Source: a virus
IMG/VR virus record: IMGVR_UViG_3300022745_000020
Span: 1 to 64,000 of that record
Strand: one strand, 5' to 3'
Length of the DNA: 64,000 bases
Made by a program: the position numbers and the translations under genes. This document shows positions 10,601 through 18,480 of the stretch, piece after piece. The notes beneath the pieces are model-generated. The model saw only the letters and a program-made list of their open reading frames with translations. It was not told the DNA's origin and made no database searches. Positions within the stretch are counted from its first letter, which is position 1, and each line of letters starts with the position of its first letter.

Positions 10601-12322
10601 GCGATGTTTCTCGGTATGATCTGTGCAGATGGGCATCTGCAAGAGAAGGCAGGTCTAGTGTCCTTAACGAAGAATGACCAATCAGTAGGAGCTCTCTTTG
10701 CAGACCTTTGCAAGACGCTGTTTAATGCCGAAATTAAGCACCGTATAGATCCCAGGAACGGTGTGCATTATTGGCAATTTACATCCAGGGCAGTGGTTCG
10801 TTGGATCAAAAATCTGATCGGATACCGCTCTGCTGACAAGCATGCCCCTGAGGCGGTGATGTCGGGATCTCCAGACGAAATGCGCGCTTTCTTGGCAGGT
10901 GTTAGCTTGGATGGATACCGGGCAAACTTCCTGTCCGGTGGTAGTTCAGCCACTGTAATTTACATGGGGCGGTCCAAAGAGCTTGCCGGCAATTGCTTCT
11001 CGTTGCTCAACGCTTTGGGGTATGCCCCACGAGGGATGACCAAGCGTGTAAATGGTTATGACTACCTCGTATATGGGGTCATGTGCTATGGGTTTGAGGG
11101 TTGTTTGCAAGACCACAAGAATACCCAGCACGTGCAGCCGAATGAGTTAATTAAACTACCCTTCGGTGTTAACCGGGGTATGTTCTCTGCATATAGTCAG
11201 GGTTATAAATATATGTGCAATATTGAAGTTCGCAATCAACCTGTGAGCAGAGAGCAATCCGTGAGAAAGTATCTCACGGGAGAAGACTCCCCTCAAGAGC
11301 CGTTTATTTACCGCAAGATTACCTCAATTGAGCGTTGTCAAGCTCACGTGTACGACATTGAGGTGGAGGAAAGTCACGACTATCTTATCGATGGCGTGGT
11401 CTCCCATAACACCGTCAATTGCCCTGAGGATTATCCTTTCGAAGACTTTCAGGATATTTACATGAAGGCCTGGAAGGGTGGTCTCAAAGGTGTCTCCACT
11501 TATCGCCCCAACCCAGTGCGACCCGGTATCCTCACTGCCCCAGTGGAGAAGAAAGAAGAAGTAACTCCTCCAAAGCAGGATGTGGTGGTTGAGATTCTAT
11601 CTTCGCTTGATGATGTCGACCCACGCACTCTAGAGCTCAATAAGCTCCCTTACCAGGATCTCCCAGCCATCAAGATCAAGACAGAGATGCTGGTGAACTA
11701 TGTTTCCCACAATCTGCACCTGATCGTATCCTTTGCACGCGTATCGGGTATCCATCGAGGGCAGCCTGTGAGCATCTATCGACCTGTGGAGTTCTTCATT
11801 CCTCAGTCTCAGCTCGATGGTGCTCCTCAGTGGGTGACTGCTTCCATGCGCATGTTATCTTTGATGGCCCGTGGTGGTGCTCAATTTGCCAAAGCGCTCA
11901 GTGATATGCGCAACATCACCTGGGCTGGAGGTCAAGTCCAGTGTGGTAAGACCATCACTGCAGATGGTAAATCTAAGCCCATCTTCCACAGCAGTGACAC
12001 TGCAGCCATCGCCTGGATCATCCAAGATCTGCTGATTCGCAATGGTTATCTGGGCGAGGATGGCGCTATGCTCAGCGTGGATGAGCTGATGGTCAATCAG
12101 GCCAGTCGTCGCCCCTATGAGCCTCTACAGTACGCCGATATCCCTGCAGTGCGTGTGCCTCAAACAGTCCAAAAGGTGACTGAGTCCGTCACTGAAAAGA
12201 AAGATGTACCGAAGGCTTTGGTCAATGGCAAAAAGTGCCCTGAATGCCACAGCATGACTCTGGTCAAGCGAGATGGCTGTGAGAAGTGTGATACCTGCGG
12301 CTACACGGGTAGCTGCGGCTAA
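7634..12322 (+). CDS. nrdJ: Class II (adenosylcobalamin-dependent) ribonucleotide reductase with two inteins and fused C-terminal TSCPD/Zn-ribbon region
   Basis: GRI, NCF, GGGVG, RRGAQ, EPGILFLD, TNPC/GE split by intein, RRIGVG, IAPTGT, GIEP, SK/TVN split by intein, GLKG.STYR, C-terminal CPEC..C..CGY..C. Confidence 0.95.
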   Translation: MSTEQTITLQQLLDQTAQISQDVLIEKYCKDGETTADEVYARVAKGLAQAEKPQDRDKWEKIFYHHLQNYGVGAGRIMSACGTDVQAALLNCFCQGVGDTFDPVDEDGHPGIIQAVAQAVKTMSKGGGVGYNFTNIRPRKSLVKGTLSTTSGVCSFIDIFDIAGKTVESAGNRRGAQLGALDIDHPDIYEFVQAKREPGRWSGFNVSVACSDAFMQAVQDDGIWELKHKAQPHPKYQKECYQREDGLWVYQVVKARDLFDTITKSTYDYAEPGILFLDKINRENTVYYCEEIKTTNPCVTGDTRLHTQYGMVQIKNLYDIKCDLIVTVDNRTLDSEEFGVTTRPAVPAFMTSSRAAVYKVTSKDGYFVKGTNWHDFYTQRGKIKLKDLTISDSFLVQSEMGQFNSLQNESLVTELMNQYGDLSAGVPDEAFSLCQEDTKTYIQHVFSINGDFRFDFLNTGVVLVFKCTEKEHLQSIQMLLANFGIFSSIEKTSSGYELEMRGSQVGLYLDRVGMNNPENEAYARRRYEEVNDPQKFDYTTEIESIEFIGYEAVYDTTQADHNSVIFNGVVTGQCGELPLPPYGCCDLGPLILPRFVKDPFTENATFDMDRFVQAVKTQVRILDNVLDITLWALDEQRIEAANKRRIGVGYTGIGDAMIMLGIRYDSAGAVLLAGSIAKQMNEAAFEASIDLAVERGSFPLFDVDKFMAGPFIQRLPKHLQDAIREKGIRHSHLLSIAPTGTVSLAFADNASNGIEPAFSWVYSRRKIGPDGQFQTYQVMDYAFKTYIKEVLSKQESEEYCIGFIQAVSEGKSEYLGKKIKEILPDAFVTALEIDVDAHLAILFATQPHVSSALSKCVAEGTRIMTNQGLLKVEELGEAEDPDTFAEPIADLKVICPDGQWRKVTKHYYGGVRPTIKIRLDNGQEIEGSEVHKLMTPYGWTPMSELNYHDYVCIRRDVSMDYPGGKELPGIDFASHAKDFTIPEKMSAELAMFLGMICADGHLQEKAGLVSLTKNDQSVGALFADLCKTLFNAEIKHRIDPRNGVHYWQFTSRAVVRWIKNLIGYRSADKHAPEAVMSGSPDEMRAFLAGVSLDGYRANFLSGGSSATVIYMGRSKELAGNCFSLLNALGYAPRGMTKRVNGYDYLVYGVMCYGFEGCLQDHKNTQHVQPNELIKLPFGVNRGMFSAYSQGYKYMCNIEVRNQPVSREQSVRKYLTGEDSPQEPFIYRKITSIERCQAHVYDIEVEESHDYLIDGVVSHNTVNCPEDYPFEDFQDIYMKAWKGGLKGVSTYRPNPVRPGILTAPVEKKEEVTPPKQDVVVEILSSLDDVDPRTLELNKLPYQDLPAIKIKTEMLVNYVSHNLHLIVSFARVSGIHRGQPVSIYRPVEFFIPQSQLDGAPQWVTASMRMLSLMARGGAQFAKALSDMRNITWAGGQVQCGKTITADGKSKPIFHSSDTAAIAWIIQDLLIRNGYLGEDGAMLSVDELMVNQASRRPYEPLQYADIPAVRVPQTVQKVTESVTEKKDVPKALVNGKKCPECHSMTLVKRDGCEKCDTCGYTGSCG
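8525..9352 (+). mobile_element. Intein 1 in NrdJ (276 aa, ends Gly-Gln, degenerate endonuclease)
   Basis: NP|CVTGDT...T.WHDF...VYD.T....NGVVTGQ|CGE. Removing it restores the NPCGE active-site motif. Confidence 0.9.
10199..11410 (+). mobile_element. Intein 2 in NrdJ (404 aa, LAGLIDADG endonuclease)
   Basis: SK|CVAEGT...S.VHKL...FLGMICADG...FLAGVSLDG...VYDIEV...VSHN|TVN. Removing it restores SKTVN. Confidence 0.93.
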
Positions 12323-12338
12323 TCTATAAACAATAGGT

Positions 12339-12369
12339 ACACCTAGGAGGATCGATTCCTCCTAGGTGT
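12339..12369. terminator. Intergenic palindrome (CACCTAG family)
   Basis: acacctaggagga-tcgat-tcctcctaggtgt. Confidence 0.7.
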
Positions 12370-12404
12370 GTGCTTTGCAGTCAATTAGCAAAAAGGAAAG
12401 AGTC

Positions 12405-12647
12405 ATGGATATCGTAGATGTTTGGGCGTACTACGCCAACACAGTCAGTGACCAAGGAAAAGGTAAATTGGTGGGTATCGGACTCTCCAAGGAAGAAGCT
12501 GAGCGTGCTGCCAGGGGCAATAGCTGGCGTGGTGCTGATGGTGAAGTTAGGCTCAAGAAAGCCCTACTGATCGAAGGTCAATACTGGGTCTTGGCTCACA
12601 AGAAACCATTTAACCTCCCTAGTGAGGAGAGAAAGAGTTTGAAATGA
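12405..12647 (+). CDS. Hypothetical protein
   Basis: AAGGA SD before ATG 12405, stop overlaps the next start. Confidence 0.7.
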   Translation: MDIVDVWAYYANTVSDQGKGKLVGIGLSKEEAERAARGNSWRGADGEVRLKKALLIEGQYWVLAHKKPFNLPSEERKSLK

Positions 12648-12964
12648 ATGCTGAACTTTTGCAAGTGCTGCACTGTGATCCTCAGCTTAGCACTCGCACT
12701 GAGCTGTTTCAAGCCAAGCAGATCATCGAACGGGCTCAGAGGCTCAGTGGTGGTGAAATCGATACCATCAAAGCGGCGTTCCTATATGGACCTCTGTATG
12801 ACGGAGATATCCCATCTAAACAGTCCCGCGATACCCTGGTAGAAGAGGGTTACATGGCTCGTGTCATTCACAGACAGGAGGAGGGTTTTAATGCACTGAC
12901 CAATAAGGGCGGCAGGCTGTACCGTCTCATCCAAGCAGGTGCTGCCAAGGGTGTTCCCAAGTAA
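12644..12964 (+). CDS. Small phage protein, possibly winged-helix-like
   Basis: LSG......F..GPL.DGDIPSK..R..L...G....LT.KG pattern, ATGA overlap. Confidence 0.65.
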   Translation: MNAELLQVLHCDPQLSTRTELFQAKQIIERAQRLSGGEIDTIKAAFLYGPLYDGDIPSKQSRDTLVEEGYMARVIHRQEEGFNALTNKGGRLYRLIQAGAAKGVPK

Positions 12965-12978
12965 ATGCGGCACATAGC

Positions 12979-13023
12979 CCACTACACTCTAGGAGGACGT
13001 GATGTCCTCCTAGAGTGTAGTGG
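12979..13023. terminator. Intergenic palindrome (CTACAC family)
   Basis: Perfect 20-bp stem with GTGAT loop. Confidence 0.75.
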
Positions 13024-13346
13024 TGCTTTGTCTCAGACCTTATTGATCTTGGGTGGGATGTACAGCGGGTTGATGAACATTGCCCACAGCTGCAGTTGAA
13101 AATAGATGATACGGGACCACAACATAATCTTCACCTGAACACTTTCTTTAATTACACCACTCGGCCGAGCAGTCACAGGATGCCGCTGTAGTGCGTAGAG
13201 GGAAATATACCCAAACCAAGTCGGTAAATCCCGCAAGATATCAGCGTAAATATAACAACCCTCCCCCATACTGTAGACCTGGGTTATGGCGGGTCTACCC
13301 CCTACACCACGCCGATTATAGGCGCAGGTGCAGGGGATTCTTGTAG

Positions 13347-13477
13347 GATATCTGTGAGCGCGCACTCCACGGGTCGTGGGGGATCATCGTGCTACGACAC
13401 GCAGATATCTTTCTCACCAATGCTCCCGATGCACTGGATCGATCGATCCAGTGCAAGAGGCGCACCTTCTGAGAAGG
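13347..13477 (+). promoter_or_regulatory. Structured 5' leader of the lytic transglycosylase gene, sequestering the SD
   Basis: gatatctgtg/cgcagatatc domain, perfect 26-nt palindrome at 13430-13455, ctttctca (13409-16) pairs with tgagaagg (13470-77). Confidence 0.5.
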
Positions 13478-13486
13478 AGTTCCACC

Positions 13487-14188
13487 ATGTCGTACTTTCG
13501 TTTCGCATTGTTCATCATCTTCATGTTGCTCAATGCAGTCTCTCCCACCGCCAGCTGGGCTTTTGATGCGAACTTCATCACGCACGAAAGCCGTGGCGCA
13601 GTCTCCCCCACCAAGGCTCAACAAATCGTCGATCTGGTGCACCAATACAGTCAAGAGTATGGAGTCAACCCACAGACTGTGTTCAAAGTCATGCGAGTGG
13701 AGTCCAGATACAACCCCAAAGCAAAGTCCAATCACAATGCAGTAGGTCTGATGCAGATCATCCCCTACTGGCACAGAGATAAACTCAAAGGTAAAGACCC
13801 CTACAACATCGCCACCAACATCAAAGTGGGCGTGCAAGTCTTAGCTGAGTACATCGAACAAACTGGCAGTGAAGTAGCCGGCCTCAGACGCTATTGTGGG
13901 GGAGATCGCTCCTACGCTAAGTTAGTCAAGTCCGTCAAGTACATCCACTACGACCAACCCTACGAGAAATCCACTCACTCCACTTATGCTCGAGCTAGAC
14001 CCACTCCAGAAGCGCACTCATCTTCCGACATGCTAGCGCTGGCTGTGATGACATCAGACGTCGATATGTTTCCCAAACCCAAAGAGTACAAAGGTCTCTA
14101 CCCCAAGCAGTCTGCCCAGCGACACGATCAGACGCTAGGATATCGAGAGCGATACCCTAGCGACAGTGATGAGTCTGATATCATTTGA
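13487..14188 (+). CDS. Lytic transglycosylase (SLT/GH23) with signal peptide
   Basis: Signal-like N-terminus ending ASWA, VES (catalytic Glu), GLMQI, NI..G...L, AAGGAG SD before ATG 13487. Confidence 0.9.
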   Translation: MSYFRFALFIIFMLLNAVSPTASWAFDANFITHESRGAVSPTKAQQIVDLVHQYSQEYGVNPQTVFKVMRVESRYNPKAKSNHNAVGLMQIIPYWHRDKLKGKDPYNIATNIKVGVQVLAEYIEQTGSEVAGLRRYCGGDRSYAKLVKSVKYIHYDQPYEKSTHSTYARARPTPEAHSSSDMLALAVMTSDVDMFPKPKEYKGLYPKQSAQRHDQTLGYRERYPSDSDESDII

Positions 14189-14220
14189 AATTATACACGT
14201 GAACCTCATGATGTAGTGAG

Positions 14221-14326
14221 TAAGTGCATGTGTGTGTGTGAAACGGTTTCCTCCTTGTGAGGTTCTCCTGGTCCCGAAGGGACATTTACGACAGGCTGAG
14301 GGGTAATTCCCTCAGCCTGCCTTTTT
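14221..14326 (+). ncRNA. Candidate trans-acting sRNA with GU-repeat and anti-SD seeds
   Basis: CAUG(UG)5, UUUCCUCCUU, GUUCUCCUG, a small hairpin (14271-83), then an intrinsic terminator (14292-14326). The 5' end is not known. Confidence 0.45.
14292..14326 (+). terminator. Rho-independent terminator
   Basis: caggctgaggg-gtaatt-ccctcagcctg followed by ccttttt. Confidence 0.8.
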
Positions 14327-14370
14327 GACGTCTTTATTTTTTTTTTTTAATAGAGTACATTGGATAAAAA

Positions 14371-14396
14371 TATAGACCTATATCATCAAGTTGAGT
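14371..14396 (+). promoter_or_regulatory. Putative phiKZ-type early promoter
   Basis: TATATCAT core at 14379, similar to the TATATTAC copy at 26956, with AT-rich upstream sequence. Confidence 0.5.
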
Positions 14397-14451
14397 TGAG
14401 ATTTCAACAAAGGTCTTTATTTCACTAACTCTGCGAAAAGGAGAAGTAATC

Positions 14452-15000
14452 ATGACACGTGTAGCCCTTACAGCCATCTACTCCCAGTGCAATGATCGAA
14501 TCATGGGGGTCAATGGGGAACTCCCTATCAAGCTCAGAGCCGATATGAAGATGTTCATATCGGCTACTGAAGGCAATCACTGCATCATGGGAAGAAAGAC
14601 TTGGGAGTCACTGCCCGAGTCCATGAAGGTCAACAAACGTGGTCGTACATACTACGTTCTCACCAAGGACCACCTCTACTGTCCGGGTCATGGAGCTATC
14701 CCTATCTATGACCTGCATACATTTCTGGTGATGATGTACACCGTAGCTCCGATGGTCTATTTGCTCGGAGGGGCTGACATCTTGCAGCAGTATCAGGATG
14801 TATGCGACACCCTGATGGTCACTGACATCAACTACGATGTCGATGTCAAGGAGGGTGATAGCCTGAGCTTTGCCCCTATGATCAATCCGGGCAAGTTTCG
14901 GCTCTACGTGAAGTCACCACTGCTCTCAGAAAAACTCAAGGGTAGTGAAGTCGGTTTTGAATTCAAGACTTACGTCAAGATCGAAGATCGGAAAAATTAA
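14452..15000 (+). CDS. folA: Dihydrofolate reductase
   Basis: MG..G.LP....D...F...T, IMGRKTWESLP, GR..YVLT, LLGGADI. Confidence 0.92.
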   Translation: MTRVALTAIYSQCNDRIMGVNGELPIKLRADMKMFISATEGNHCIMGRKTWESLPESMKVNKRGRTYYVLTKDHLYCPGHGAIPIYDLHTFLVMMYTVAPMVYLLGGADILQQYQDVCDTLMVTDINYDVDVKEGDSLSFAPMINPGKFRLYVKSPLLSEKLKGSEVGFEFKTYVKIEDRKN

Positions 15001-15008
15001 GGTGTATC

Positions 15009-15383
15009 ATGTATTTCAACTACCCCAGGCGTGGAATCAGCTACTCCATGCAAAAACTGAGCTCATTCGATCTGAGTGAGTATGCGACACTCATGTTCAA
15101 GTACAAGGATGAAGATGGCGTCATCCATGAGCTCACGATCGATTTTTCTCGTGAGGGCATCGATCGCTGGCAGCTCTTACCGGGCCTGTCTATAACGAGA
15201 TGGCGATATGTGGGCTTGTTCAACAAGATCCATTGTAAGTACCGAGCTGAGAACAACGAATCGATCCTGTCGTTTGTAGATGTGCGTAAGCGTAAAGACC
15301 TCGACGGCAAGGTCGTCTACATGGCCACGGCCAAATCGGCCAGTCACATCTTCATCCCTCACATAACCACTCAGATGGTGTAA
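15009..15383 (+). CDS. Hypothetical protein
   Basis: AAGGT SD, operon position. Confidence 0.7.
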   Translation: MYFNYPRRGISYSMQKLSSFDLSEYATLMFKYKDEDGVIHELTIDFSREGIDRWQLLPGLSITRWRYVGLFNKIHCKYRAENNESILSFVDVRKRKDLDGKVVYMATAKSASHIFIPHITTQMV

Positions 15384-15415
15384 TCTGCTACCGCACTACA
15401 GGAGAACATACACAC

Positions 15416-15736
15416 ATGGGACCCATCGAAGGTTATCAGTACAATCTCGACGAACTCGCACAGATGCGAGACTTCAACATCCACTTCGAAGCCGAATTCA
15501 GAGGCGACACGGTGGCTGTGCAGCTGGGGCATCACGGCATCCAAGCGATGATGAAAAAAGATCAGCTGTGCAGCATGCTGTGGACTTGCACTCGCCGTCG
15601 AGGTGACGAAGTGACCTTTATGCCCTCCAAGCTCTATGAGAGCATGGCCGCTGTAGAGGTCTATAAGTCCAAAGACCCCAGCAAGAAATACTGGGCCCAT
15701 TTCCGTGGGCTGGAGGTGAATCAACCCACACGGTAG
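15416..15736 (+). CDS. Hypothetical protein
   Basis: AGGAG SD followed by a CA-repeat spacer before ATG. Confidence 0.75.
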   Translation: MGPIEGYQYNLDELAQMRDFNIHFEAEFRGDTVAVQLGHHGIQAMMKKDQLCSMLWTCTRRRGDEVTFMPSKLYESMAAVEVYKSKDPSKKYWAHFRGLEVNQPTR

Positions 15737-15781
15737 ACAGCGCGATTGTCGACTAGAATAGTAGCAAAGGACAGTAAAGTC

Positions 15782-16513
15782 ATGCAAGAGAGTCAAACCT
15801 CCTCCACATACATCCCCATCGACCGAGCTTTCGTGGGGGTGAACACCACAGAGCTCACTACCCGTATCGTAAGTGGTAGTTCAGAGAAGATGGTATCGCC
15901 CATCAATCGAGTGTTATATCACAATGACCGCCGCAGCGGATCGGTGTTTGGAATCCTCCATGACAACGAGATCGTGCGCTTGTGCAAAGAGCGTGATATG
16001 ATCAATCCCTACGAGCCCTCTCAGGTGCGTGAGGTTAATGGTCAAAAAGTCATCAGCTACGGCACCAGCAGCTACGGCTATGATATCCGAGCAGCAGGGG
16101 AGTTCAAGATCTTCACCAACGTCAATACGACCCTGATCGATCCGAAGAACTTCGATGATAAGAATTTTGTGACGGTTGAAGGTGATCACTGCATCATCCC
16201 TCCACATGGCTTTATGCTTACTCGCTCAGTGGAGTATTTCAGGATCCCCCCTGACGTGACCACCGTAGTAGTGGGTAAGAGCACCATCGCGCGAGCGTCA
16301 CTTGACACCCTTGTCACACCCCTAGAGCCTGGATGGGGGGGACATATCACGCTGGAATTCAGCAATTCATCGCCCTCTCCCGTGAAATTCTACGCCAATG
16401 AAGGTTGTGCTCAGGTGCTGTTCTTCCGAGGTGAACATCCTTGCGAAGTCAGCTACGCCGATCGTGGTGGGAAGTATCAAGGTCAAGTCGGGGTGGTGAC
16501 GCCTCGTCTGTAA
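15782..16513 (+). CDS. dcd: dCTP deaminase
   Basis: [60 protein letters not shown]. Confidence 0.95.
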   Translation: MQESQTSSTYIPIDRAFVGVNTTELTTRIVSGSSEKMVSPINRVLYHNDRRSGSVFGILHDNEIVRLCKERDMINPYEPSQVREVNGQKVISYGTSSYGYDIRAAGEFKIFTNVNTTLIDPKNFDDKNFVTVEGDHCIIPPHGFMLTRSVEYFRIPPDVTTVVVGKSTIARASLDTLVTPLEPGWGGHITLEFSNSSPSPVKFYANEGCAQVLFFRGEHPCEVSYADRGGKYQGQVGVVTPRL

Positions 16514-16530
16514 TTGCTAATAGTCATCAT

Positions 16531-16574
16531 CTCTGTCATGGCTAGGGTCACCCCACCCTCTAGCCATGACAGAG
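16531..16574. terminator. Intergenic palindrome
   Basis: ctctgtcatggctag...ctagccatgacagag, 15-bp stem. Confidence 0.65.
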
Positions 16575-16605
16575 GGTCTATGACAGCTTCAATAGGAGTG
16601 CGGAT

Positions 16606-16920
16606 ATGGTAGATGAGAAACAAACCCGTGTGCTGTCTTTGCAGCTACTGGGCAGTCCGTTGATCTACGCACAAGCTGAACTCACTGATCAGCAGTGGGA
16701 TACATTCACGCGTGAGCGTTGTACACTCGTAGGAAAGGATCACGTCCTTAATGAACTCGTTACCCCTACAGGAGCAATCAATCGAAATCCTTTGAGCATC
16801 CTCGCGGCGTTTACTCGCTTGAGGACAGAAGGTAAAGGCAATGGTCGCGGCAAGCGTGGCGGCTATGGCTGGCAAGTCTTCTCTCAAAGGTTCCATCACT
16901 ACGTCATCAACCTAAAATGA
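16606..16920 (+). CDS. Hypothetical protein
   Basis: AGGAG SD. Confidence 0.65.
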   Translation: MVDEKQTRVLSLQLLGSPLIYAQAELTDQQWDTFTRERCTLVGKDHVLNELVTPTGAINRNPLSILAAFTRLRTEGKGNGRGKRGGYGWQVFSQRFHHYVINLK

Positions 16921-17309
16921 TCGTCCTCTACCAAGGCAAACCCGTACGCATCGACGTCACTCGTTATTTGCGTAAGCTGGCAGTATCGCTGCAGCGCTGT
17001 CAGTACCAAGACACCGTGGCCATACAGCCTCACCCCACCAAGCGTGACAGCTTCATGCTGGAGGTGGTGCAAAAAGGACATCTCGTACACCACATCATCG
17101 ACCGCAACGGTCTGACCGTAGAATACTATACCCGCTGCCGTGGTGGGTTGGGTAAACTGCCCAGCATCTCGCTGAGGAAAACGTCTCACCGATCCATCGA
17201 TCGCGATACTCTGATTTACAGCAAAGCCGCCTACATGGAGGAGATCCGCGAGGAGATTGCCCACTGGTTACACCATGGAGAGTGCAGTGAAACACTCATC
17301 GCTGCATGA
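16917..17309 (+). CDS. Hypothetical protein
   Basis: ATGA overlap with the upstream gene. Confidence 0.65.
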   Translation: MIVLYQGKPVRIDVTRYLRKLAVSLQRCQYQDTVAIQPHPTKRDSFMLEVVQKGHLVHHIIDRNGLTVEYYTRCRGGLGKLPSISLRKTSHRSIDRDTLIYSKAAYMEEIREEIAHWLHHGECSETLIAA

Positions 17310-17535
17310 AGAGGGCGACCTAGAGAATGTCTTACTGGCATACCGGAGAAGATTATCTCGTGTCAATCAAGAAATCCGAGAAGGTCGCAAAGTAGGTACA
17401 ATCGATCCTGACGTGAAAGTCAGACGAAAAGAACTCGATGGTATAGTCAGTCGCTTGGAGAACTTGAGACGATCTCCATCTCCACCCACTGAGCAGCAAG
17501 TCCAGATGTACACGAATCTGTACATGAGCACTTAG
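17275..17535 (+). CDS. Hypothetical coiled-coil protein
   Basis: Ends just before a terminator hairpin. Start is uncertain. Confidence 0.5.
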   Translation: MESAVKHSSLHEEGDLENVLLAYRRRLSRVNQEIREGRKVGTIDPDVKVRRKELDGIVSRLENLRRSPSPPTEQQVQMYTNLYMST

Positions 17536-17542
17536 AGTACAC

Positions 17543-17600
17543 ACTCTCTGCACCTAGAAGGATGATCCCTTCTAGGTGCAGAGAGTATCTCTTTTTTTTA
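17543..17600 (+). terminator. Terminator hairpin (CACCTAG family)
   Basis: 19-bp stem, ATGATC loop, T tract. Confidence 0.8.
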
Positions 17601-17666
17601 TTTTTTCGTATATTGTGATAGAAAAGTCTTCTATCTTCTCCTATTTTTCTGGTGAAGGAACACAGC

Positions 17667-18140
17667 ATGTTTGATACTTTTTTGAAACTGGTGATGCAGT
17701 ACTATCCTGGACATGTGGTGCTTTTTGCACTGTTCATGTTCTTGATCCTGTGTGAGTTCTGGGGACAATATGTGCTGGTCATGGGTGTGTGGCGCATCTA
17801 CCTGGAAGATCAGGCCAAGGGCACCGTGCGCCTGCGTGGGGTCAATAAGTTCTTCGGCGCTTACCATCTGCTCAAGGGTGCGATTCTCGATGTGTTTTGT
17901 AACATCTTCATTGCTCCGCTTTGGTTCACGCCGTGGAAGAGTGTATGGTACAAGCCCATGCAGTGGGAGTGGCCTCGTGAATGGCTGGTCACGCAGCGCC
18001 TGAAGCGCTACCTCAAGACCATGCCTCATGATAGTCTGCAGTACAAGCGAGCATTTTGGATCTGTCACGGCAGCCTCGACTTGTTCGATCCTCGTGGCAA
18101 CCATTGTGATGATGTGGTGGTTTCACCCCCTCAGCAGTAA
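17667..18140 (+). CDS. Membrane protein at the head of the lysis cassette (holin/antiholin candidate)
   Basis: Hydrophobic segments, directly upstream of the holin-like, spanin and endolysin genes. Confidence 0.55.
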   Translation: MFDTFLKLVMQYYPGHVVLFALFMFLILCEFWGQYVLVMGVWRIYLEDQAKGTVRLRGVNKFFGAYHLLKGAILDVFCNIFIAPLWFTPWKSVWYKPMQWEWPREWLVTQRLKRYLKTMPHDSLQYKRAFWICHGSLDLFDPRGNHCDDVVVSPPQQ

Positions 18141-18175
18141 ACCTCTTTTCTTTTTTGTTACAAAAGGAGTCTATC

Positions 18176-18445
18176 ATGGGCTTTATTAAAGTACTCACCC
18201 AGATTCTCACTGGGGCTGACAATGAAACGCACGACATGGGGCGCTACATCGCGATCCTGTCGTTCATGACCGCTTTCACGCTGGAAGTCTACTCGGTGGT
18301 CAAGCTCGGTAAGGTGTTTGATATCCAAGCCTTTGGCACCGGTGTGGGCATCCTCATGGCTGGTGTAGGTGCTATGCTCAAGCTCAAGGAGAGCACAGAG
18401 CCCCCGGCGTTTGCCGAGACTGTTAATACTGTTACTGTCAAGTAA
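18176..18445 (+). CDS. Putative holin (two TM helices)
   Basis: 89 aa with two hydrophobic helices and a charged C-terminus, AAGGAG SD, lysis-cassette position. Confidence 0.65.
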   Translation: MGFIKVLTQILTGADNETHDMGRYIAILSFMTAFTLEVYSVVKLGKVFDIQAFGTGVGILMAGVGAMLKLKESTEPPAFAETVNTVTVK

Positions 18446-18480
18446 ACCCCCATCACCCACTTATACAGGAGTAGAGCACC

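Noticed and set aside
13033-13365. Minus-strand 110-aa ORF upstream of the transglycosylase
   Set aside because: No convincing SD or motif, and it opposes the local gene direction. A 78-aa version from ATG 13269 cannot be excluded but is unsupported.
14206-14256. Minus-strand minigene MHLLTTS* behind AAGGAGG and a CA tract
   Set aside because: SD-to-ATG spacing is about 20 nt and the ORF is only 7 codons. The terminator U tract favours a + strand RNA. Kept only as an alternative reading.
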